From: Ylistrum balloti
Lineage: Eukaryota
DNA length: 64,000 nt
Assembly: GCF_031769215.1 (NCBI RefSeq)
Contig: NW_026782651.1
Location: 372,001-436,000 of the forward strand
Direction of reading: 5' to 3'
Both the position numbers and the translations under genes were made by a program. Of the stretch, positions 60,701 through 64,000 are shown in pieces (the first letter of the stretch is position 1; each line of letters starts with the position of its first letter). A model generated the notes under the pieces. The model was not told where the DNA came from. It made no database searches and saw only the letters and a list, made by a program, of their open reading frames with translations.

Positions 60701-61584
60701 TACTCAGTTCCCTAGGTTTTCCCATGGTCCCCCGAGAGTACATGTTACATTACTAGTCTTGGTTAATGGGAATTTCCTTTTAGTCGGGCAGTAAAGTATG
60801 TGTCTGGCTAGAGATCAAAGGATCACTAGTTTAAACCCAAGCAATGACAGGGTGTTTCTATCGTTCCTTCCTACTACAGATATACAGATAGACAGAAGAG
60901 GCTAATGCCTGTACCCAATACTACATAAACATAGGCACACATTCGTTCGAAACCCTGAAAACTCAAAGAAGGGTTATTTAATTTCCCTGAAGCAGATGGG
61001 TATGTAACCCTGGTAAATTAGTAAATTAAATACTGACCTTGTATGATATAATTAATTACAAGATTGAATGCATTATTTCATTTTCGAAATTATTGTTACC
61101 AGGGACGTATAATATATCATATGTATTATACGTCCCTGTTGTTACAAAATTTAAATTTTAAAGTTAATTGAAAATTTACATTAAATTGAATTGATAATAC
61201 ATATTTATATATATATTGAATAACATTGTAATTTATCTGGAATGATACAATTTGAATGACCGTTATTACCACAAGCAAATTGATACATAGTTGGACAAGT
61301 CTGACTGTATTGTTAGGCTACAGACCCGAACCGTACCACTTTGCGTGAAGCATAACAGACCCGAACCGTACCACTGTGAGTGAAGCAGCGGTGTGCATCG
61401 GCCTTACATGTTTTCCTTGAAGTCTTGACAGTTTGATATTCGAGCTATTCTGGCACCTCTCCATCCCTGCGATGTTCAGACAGAAGGTGTCCGACCCATA
61501 GGACGGCTCCGCTCCAACAACCGCGAAAGCAGTCACAAACAGTAAGACTTTTTGGAGGAAAGCTCCGATCGGGGGCAACCCCAT
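48481..61584 (-). CDS. P4HTM: Transmembrane prolyl 4-hydroxylase-like EF-hand 2OG-Fe(II) dioxygenase, 411 aa; join(61408-61584,59840-59921,59326-59486,58541-58602,57763-57797,55812-55977,54364-54418,52388-52500,50033-50123,48481-48774)
   Basis: The 10 exons total 1236 nt in one frame. It has LQTVSEKPLIIEIPEFLTGEECDHFI, two EF-hand loops (DKDKDRKLSVDE, DKDGDDKISAEE), GHYNAHYD (HxD), [48 protein letters not shown] (His and Lys ligands) and C-terminal RDEL. This is the domain order of vertebrate P4HTM as recalled. Confidence 0.93.
50033..50123 (-). CDS. P4HTM: P4HTM-like exon 9
   Basis: [30 protein letters not shown]|gtaagt. Confidence 0.96.
50485..51170 (-). mobile_element. HINE-like element
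   Basis: AACAAGAGGTCC...CACTCACCTGGTATT terminus matching the 39615-39650 end, plus TGACCTTGA-rich body. The far boundary is approximate. Confidence 0.5.
51250..51850 (-). mobile_element. HINE-like element, second subfamily
   Basis: Terminal hairpin AGATCCC-AGA-GGGATCT (51256-51272) and internal AAGATGGCTGCC...CCATTTTG repeats. The far boundary is approximate. Confidence 0.45.
52158..52330. repeat. Degenerate 18-bp minisatellite, ~9 copies
   Basis: GTCACAACATTGCATTTA / GTCACAATATCAAAGTTA-type units. Confidence 0.8.
52388..52500 (-). CDS. P4HTM: P4HTM-like exon 8 (HxD)
   Basis: VVTYGVKGHYNAHYDSSEVNKKVPCCTRQRTLQCRICR|gtgaga. Confidence 0.94.
53004..54010 (-). mobile_element. HINE-like element (~1 kb)
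   Basis: AAAAAG-AGGCC-CAGAA-GGCCT hairpin plus GCTCATCTGG at the left end; CAGGTAACCTAAAAA at the right end. The body is homologous to 54850-55330. Confidence 0.6.
54364..54418 (-). CDS. P4HTM: P4HTM-like exon 7
   Basis: cttcag|RVSRTVDLPIELIKMSDFQ|gtaaat. Confidence 0.88.
54852..55330 (-). mobile_element. HINE-like element, truncated paralogue of 53004-54010
   Basis: AACAAG-AGGCCC-AGA-GGGTCT, GCTCACCAGGATATCTAAGTCAATAATG and further blocks shared with the 53004 copy. Confidence 0.6.
55812..55977 (-). CDS. P4HTM: P4HTM-like exon 6
   Basis: catag|DKISAEELKDF...HSRFSKQVWL...FEKIQDR|gtgagg. Confidence 0.9.
56060..56150 (+). mobile_element. tRNA-derived SINE family B, copy 2
   Basis: GGTAGAGTGTCTGGCTAGAGAACTAAAGG...TTTTTCATTACTCCTTGCTATTACA. 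Confidence 0.6.
57150..57712 (-). mobile_element. V-domain-like SINE whose central part is amplified as a 96-bp x5 tandem array (about 57165-57645)
   Basis: tRNA-like head at about 57640-57712 (minus). The unit contains GGGAACTCAGGTTTTCCTCCACCA, a V-domain-like motif. Period 96 bp (GTACCTGG at 57231, 57327, ...). Confidence 0.65.
57763..57797 (-). CDS. P4HTM: P4HTM-like exon 5 (EF-hand 2 start, 35 nt)
   Basis: ttttag|G FADTGLDKDGD G|gtaaga, phase 2 to 1. Confidence 0.87.
58330..58494 (-). mobile_element. tRNA-derived SINE family A, copy 2
   Basis: Minus strand reads TGGCACAGTGG head ... GGGGTCACTTGCCCGACCCCGTGGGTTTTCCCCAGGTACTCTGGTTTCCTCCCACAGTAAGA, resembling the V-SINE central domain. Confidence 0.75.
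58541..58602 (-). CDS. P4HTM: P4HTM-like exon 4
   Basis: ttgtag|MRVTIETGMDIYPDEEDIMK|gtaagt, phase 0 to 2. Confidence 0.85.
58862..59272. repeat. ~33-bp minisatellite with a divergence gradient
   Basis: TGACAGGTGACAGTTAACTTGTTCACATAGATT; right-hand copies are homogeneous and left-hand copies degenerate. Confidence 0.85.
59326..59486 (-). CDS. P4HTM: P4HTM-like exon 3 (EF-hand 1)
   Basis: EIPEFLTGEECDHFIQTAQREGLEDS...DKDKDRKLSVDE|gtaatt. Confidence 0.94.
59840..59921 (-). CDS. P4HTM: P4HTM-like exon 2
   Basis: ttcag|DGKAQEVVTQEGRVLKLQTVSEKPLII|gtatgt. Confidence 0.9.
60170..60352 (-). mobile_element. tRNA-derived SINE family A, copy 3
   Basis: Minus strand GGGCTTGATTCCCTGA...GGGGTCACCTGCCCGACCACATGGGTTTTCC...CAGTAAGA. 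Confidence 0.7.
60589..60742. mobile_element. Partial Tc1/mariner-type MITE
   Basis: TA|CAGTCAAACCTC...ACTCGAA...TCGGTCCC terminus typical of such MITEs; the second TIR was not found. Confidence 0.35.
60785..60879 (+). mobile_element. tRNA-derived SINE family B, copy 3
   Basis: GTGTCTGGCTAGAGATCAAAGGATCACTAGTTTAAACCC...CAGGGTGTTTCTATCGTTCCTTCCTACTACA. Confidence 0.6.
61408..61584 (-). CDS. P4HTM: P4HTM-like exon 1 (signal peptide)
   Basis: aaaATGG start; MGLPPIGAFLQKVLLFVTAFAVVGA-EP...KLSRLQGKH|gtaagg. Confidence 0.85.
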
Positions 61585-61599
61585 TTTTCCTCGATTTCC

Positions 61600-61800
61600 T
61601 CATAGAGTTAGCTCCCTTGGACTTCATCGATGTGGCGTTCGTTGGTTGGCGATAAGAAGTCGGGGATCAAATGTAGTTTTGTTTTATTGATTAGAAACGT
61701 CAGGTATGAATGATTTACATGGTTTTGAACGGAATAAAAACAGACAGCAGCAGCAGGCGATGTAAAAGTTGTTTTCAACAATAGCCCGCCCAAAATACAG
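61600..61800 (-). promoter_or_regulatory. Probable P4HTM-like promoter/5' UTR
   Basis: CpG-enriched stretch upstream of the ATG, with a GC box (GGGCGGG on the minus strand) near 61785-61791. The TSS is not determinable from sequence. Confidence 0.45.
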
Positions 61801-62437
61801 AGGATGTCTCGCAGGTGATACAGTAGTGATCTGTCGTGAATTCATACCTCGGTACTTTCAGATTTTATCATGTGTTGGAATGTTTGAAAAACAATTATGA
61901 CTGATTAACATTGATGTTTTTTGTTTTATTTCTTATGTATGTAAGAACGACTTTATTAATAGAACTATGAAATTTATTACAATTTAAGTCATTAAATGAT
62001 AAGACTCAAAATTTCGAAGTAGCCTATGTACATGTATATGTAAGAAGCTTCGAAACCACGACCCCATGGTCCATAAATGTACATGTTTAATGTTTATAGG
62101 ATGATAAACCCGAAGGCGCGTGATCTGCTTTTTCATTAATTTGGTATATACCACAGGTGCTTGTTGACGCGAGTATGAATAAACATCTGGCCTTTCTCCC
62201 TTAACTTACCATATGATGATAACAATTAAAACACACACACTGATGTTAACAAGCACTTGTGATCGGAGGTACAAGCTGTCACACGAGTCTGTTATCTCTA
62301 TCACAGACATCACAGGAATAATGTCTGCATTTGACTTTCTGTCAGGTGATGATGTGAACTCTTTTGAATTATTGGTACATACAATTATATAAGTAACGAT
62401 AAAACAAACAGATAAACAAAACAAATAAACAAAAAAA

Positions 62438-63430
62438 CTTCTGAGTGAACTCTAGAGTGTGGTGAGGAAGTCGTGCTTCTGAGTGAACTCTAGAGTGTGG
62501 TGAGGAAGTCGTGCTTCTGAGTGAACTCTAGAGTGTGGTGAGGAAGTCGTGCTTCTGAGTGAACTCGAGAGTGTGGTGAGGAAGTCGTGCTTCTGAGTGA
62601 ACTCTAGAGTGTGGTGAGGAAGTCGTGCTTCTGAGTGAACTCTAGAGTGTGGTGAGGAAGTCGTGCTTCTGAGTGAACTCAAGAGTGTGGTGAGGAAGTC
62701 GTGCTTCTGAGTGAACTCGAGAGTGTGGTGAGGAAGTCGTGCTTCTGAGTGAACTCTAGAGTGTGGTGAGGAAGTCGTGCTTCTGAGTGAACTCTAGAGT
62801 GTGGTGAGGAAGTCGTGCTTCTGAGTGAACTCGAGAGTGTGGTGAGGAAGTCGTGCTTCTGAGTGAACTCTAGAGTGTGGTGAGGAAGTCGTGCTTCTGA
62901 GTGAACTCTAGAGTGTGGTGAGGAAGTCGTGCTTCTGAGTGAACTCGAGAGTGTGGTGAGGAAGTCGTGCTTCTGAGTGAACTCTAGAGTGTGGTGAGGA
63001 AGTCGTGCTTCTGAGTGAACTCTAGAGTGTGGTGAGGAAGTCGTGCTTCTGAGTGAACTCGAGAGTGTGGTGAGGAAGTCGTGCTTCTGAGTGAACTCTA
63101 GAGTGTGGTGAGGAAGTCGTGCTTCTGAGTGAACTCTAGAGTGTGGTGAGGAAGTCGTGCTTCTGAGTGAACTCTAGAGTGTGGTGAGGAAGTCGTGCTT
63201 CTGAGTGAACTCTAGAGTGTGGTGAGGAAGTCGTGCTTCTGAGTGAACTCTAGAGTGTGGTGAGGAAGTCGTGCTTCTGAGTGAACTCTAGAGTGTGGTG
63301 AGGAAGTCGTGCTTCTGAGTGAACTCGAGAGTGTGGTGAGGAAGTCGTGCTTCTGAGTGAACTCTAGAGTGTGGTGAGGAAGTCGTGCTTCTGAGTGAAC
63401 TCTAGAGTGTGGTGAGGAAGTCGTGCTTCT
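62438..63430. repeat. Tandem array, 38-bp unit, 26 copies
   Basis: GAGTGAACTC(T/G)AGAGTGTGGTGAGGAAGTCGTGCTTCT. Confidence 0.98.
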
Positions 63431-64000
63431 TTCTTTATTGAGAGTATCGACATTCGACACTGCCTCAAAGCATATCGGAGCATAATAGTACTTATCAGAA
63501 CCTTAAAATGGTTTAGAACAGCGAAATTGATGTACAGGATACATTTTGTACGTACACACAGTCAACTTCACATATATTTGATAAACTCGGTTTTTTATTG
63601 TTGTTAGCTCACAATATCTCTATCAGCACTGGGGGAATATATAGTTTGTTTCCACCCTGCTCCGAATTGTTCTGACAATTTATCGACTTTTTATATATCG
63701 ATCTGTGTACTACTTCCTGTTTTTAACTTTCCCTTTTTTGATAGCAGTATGTACAAGTTAAGTGTAATGGAGTTGATTGATATGCAGCTATTTCTCCGGG
63801 ATACATTGAGTTACTTCCCCTAAATGTTTATGGAGTTGTAGGTATGAGAGCGTGCAGGTAGAAATGGGATCTGTCATGGATGAGTGATTTTTATCAAAAT
63901 ACAATTACGGACTTAGTAAGTACTGTTTTACTCGAAGAACCGTACCGCCATGGTATATAGGTATCTGTTTTAGTCTACATAGACGTTACACGTGTGCTGT

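Noticed and set aside
9350-61584. Minor (U12) or GC-AG introns in the three genes
   Set aside because: All 25 introns read GT-AG and no donor matches GTATCCTT.
62206-62424. Minus-strand ORF ending at a GTAAGT donor upstream of P4HTM
   Set aside because: No suitable acceptor was found upstream of the P4HTM ATG, and a promoter-like region lies in between.
3953-63430. CRISPR-like interpretation of the 28-38-bp arrays
   Set aside because: Units are contiguous with no unique spacers, there are no cas genes, and the context is eukaryotic and intronic.
62452-63460. His/Ser/Thr-rich ORFs
   Set aside because: Products of the 38-bp array.
63944-63970. Perfect Kozak-like ACCGCCATGG near the window end
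   Set aside because: Too close to the edge to test, with no ORF support.

Overview
AT-rich eukaryotic genomic DNA with spliceosomal GT-AG introns. It is probably from a bivalve mollusc, possibly a scallop; this is inferred from the repeat landscape only. Three complete genes could be assembled by hand with consistent splice phases. (1) LSM4 on the minus strand: 5 coding exons, 133 aa, with a 14-kb last intron. (2) OGFOD1, the RPS23 prolyl 3-hydroxylase, on the plus strand: 13 exons, 511 aa, head-to-head with LSM4 across a 348-bp bidirectional promoter with two opposed ETS motifs. (3) A P4HTM-like EF-hand prolyl 4-hydroxylase on the minus strand: 10 exons, 411 aa, tail-to-tail with OGFOD1. The rest is dominated by more than 20 mutually unrelated tandem arrays (about 14 kb, roughly 22% by manual tally), two tRNA-derived SINE families, Helentron/HINE-like elements, several MITEs and a solo LTR with an intact TSD. 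Nearly all long ORFs in the supplied track are tandem-repeat artefacts. I found no convincing new multi-gene system. The best leads are a probably soluble signal-peptide plus RDEL form of P4HTM, arrays born in place from a splice donor and from a SINE, uORFs at all three start codons, and the clustering of two prolyl hydroxylases with LSM4.
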